Assembly (NCBI GenBank): GCA_029856435.1
Contig: JAHQXB010000022.1
Span: 25-24,024 of the forward strand
DNA: 24,000 bases
Reading direction: 5' to 3'
Source of the DNA: Candidatus Jordarchaeia archaeon
GTDB taxonomy: Archaea > Asgardarchaeota > Jordiarchaeia > Jordiarchaeales > Jordiarchaeaceae
Position numbers and translations under genes: made by a program. Of the stretch, positions 22,873 through 24,000 are shown one piece after another; position 1 is the first letter of the stretch, and each line of letters begins with the position of its first letter. Below the pieces are notes generated by a model. The model saw nothing but the letters and a program-made list of their open reading frames with translations. It was not told where the DNA came from and did no database searches.

Positions 22873-24000
22873 CTACTTCGATGGTTGTATATTTCCCAAA
22901 ATACCGAAGGCCGGGCATCCCGCTATGAATACTCCTCTGTCCCTATATCTCTCCGCGCAGTCTCCTATAACATAGGTTCTGCCCTCCATTTTTTGGGGCA
23001 GCCTTACGTCTCGGCCAATAATGAGGTTAATTTTTCCTATTTTTTCTATGAGGCCATGTTTTCCTAACCTATCAAGCTCCACTCTTGTCCAAGCCAGGCA
23101 ACCTTCATGGCATGCGCATCCAACATAGACCTCCACATTTGGATAAACGCCCATCACATCCGCTAAAGGCCTCTTAAAATACCTACGAACTTCACTGATG
23201 TTCGCTCCCTTCACTTCGATTCTGTCAAGGTTCATTTCTCCCAATCCTTGGATGGCGGCGAGTCTTAAATGAGCAATTTCTTGGGGATCAAAACCCATAA
23301 TACTTGAGGCCACAGCATCCACGGCCACCAAATCTTCCCCGGCGATGACAACTCCCATTTTTACCGAGTTCCCATAGGTTGGCCCCTGCCCCTCTAATGC
23401 GATCAAGCCATCAATTATTGCCAAGTCTGGTTTAGCTGCAAGAGTCACATCCACCACTTTTTGGTGAATGTCTGTCCTATGATAAATCTGCTTCTCCTCA
23501 GGGGACAGCAGTCCGATTTGATTCTTAATGGCTAAACTAACTCCACACATCGTATGCGTCTTTAATTTTGGTACAGTTATAAACTTGTCACAGTCCAGCA
23601 ACTTTTTGGGAAGTTTAACTGTATTCATCAACTTCGCCTTTGGAAACTTTACCTCCACATATTCCTCTTCGTCTAAGTAAACAGCCTCCGCTTCCTCTTC
23701 TTCCACCACTTTTTTTGTTCCAGTTACCTCGAAAGCCCTCCTAGATTTGTAAATAAAAACTGGAGCGTCTCCAACCATTATTTGGCTGGCGCCCGCCTCC
23801 TTAACTAGTTTAATTACTGCCCTAACCACTTCTGGGTCGGTGACTGTACCGGATTCTCTTGGGAGGGGTACAACTAGGTTGGGTTTGATAAAAACTTTAT
23901 CCCCTCTTTTTACAACTTTTTTGATTCCGCCAATCATGTCTACAGCTTCTCGAACAGCCTCAGCCACTGTTTCACCCTTCACCAAAGATACTACGGTCAT
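22873..24000 (-). CDS. DUF362 domain protein
   Basis: The N-terminus (VSLVKGE..EAVREAVDMIGGIKKVVKRGDKVFIKPNLV...TDPEVVRAVIKLVKEAGA) is typical of DUF362. The ATG sits exactly at the right window edge (23998..24000), so the CDS appears complete. The C-terminal part is Cys-rich (GCACHEGC, GDCAERY, GCP). Confidence 0.65.
   Translation of the reverse strand: MTVVSLVKGETVAEAVREAVDMIGGIKKVVKRGDKVFIKPNLVVPLPRESGTVTDPEVVRAVIKLVKEAGASQIMVGDAPVFIYKSRRAFEVTGTKKVVEEEEAEAVYLDEEEYVEVKFPKAKLMNTVKLPKKLLDCDKFITVPKLKTHTMCGVSLAIKNQIGLLSPEEKQIYHRTDIHQKVVDVTLAAKPDLAIIDGLIALEGQGPTYGNSVKMGVVIAGEDLVAVDAVASSIMGFDPQEIAHLRLAAIQGLGEMNLDRIEVKGANISEVRRYFKRPLADVMGVYPNVEVYVGCACHEGCLAWTRVELDRLGKHGLIEKIGKINLIIGRDVRLPQKMEGRTYVIGDCAERYRDRGVFIAGCPAFGILGNIQPSK

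Noticed and set aside
1-24000. Search for CRISPR arrays, tRNA and rRNA genes
   Set aside because: I saw no regularly spaced direct repeats and no tRNA-like T-arm/acceptor pattern in the intergenic regions. I also saw no rRNA-like conserved blocks. This was a by-eye scan, so tRNAscan-SE/Infernal would be needed to exclude small RNAs.

Overview
This is an archaeal chromosomal window, moderately AT-rich by eye, with about 21 supportable protein-coding genes. I found no rRNA, tRNA or CRISPR array by eye. Housekeeping and metabolic genes fill both flanks. They include a partial Alba gene, cofH-cofG-pheA, a class II amidotransferase, a sugar nucleotidyltransferase, proteasome alpha, trmY, a TauE-type permease, ribosomal protein eS26, a PfkB kinase, and DUF1805 and DUF362 proteins. 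The centre, about 10.8-19.2 kb, looks accessory and holds the main finding. Four co-directional minus-strand genes encode, in order, a Vps2/24/46-like ESCRT-III protein, a 1021-aa HerA/FtsK-type P-loop ATPase, an unassignable 345-aa helical protein, and a Snf7-like ESCRT-III protein. Facing them convergently is a multi-zinc-finger protein (B-box-like Cys spacing) with a PH/GRAM/GLUE-like domain. Its SHOCT-like C-terminal tail is also present on the ATPase. The window contains no Vps4/CdvC AAA+ ATPase, CdvA or NurA. Both ESCRT-III proteins end in MIM1-like helices, and a small MIT-like protein lies at 8885-9502. A 685-aa longin/roadblock-like coiled-coil protein and a Cys-rich FCS/TRASH-like zinc protein are further unusual genes. 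All family assignments come from by-eye motif recognition. None has been checked by a database search.
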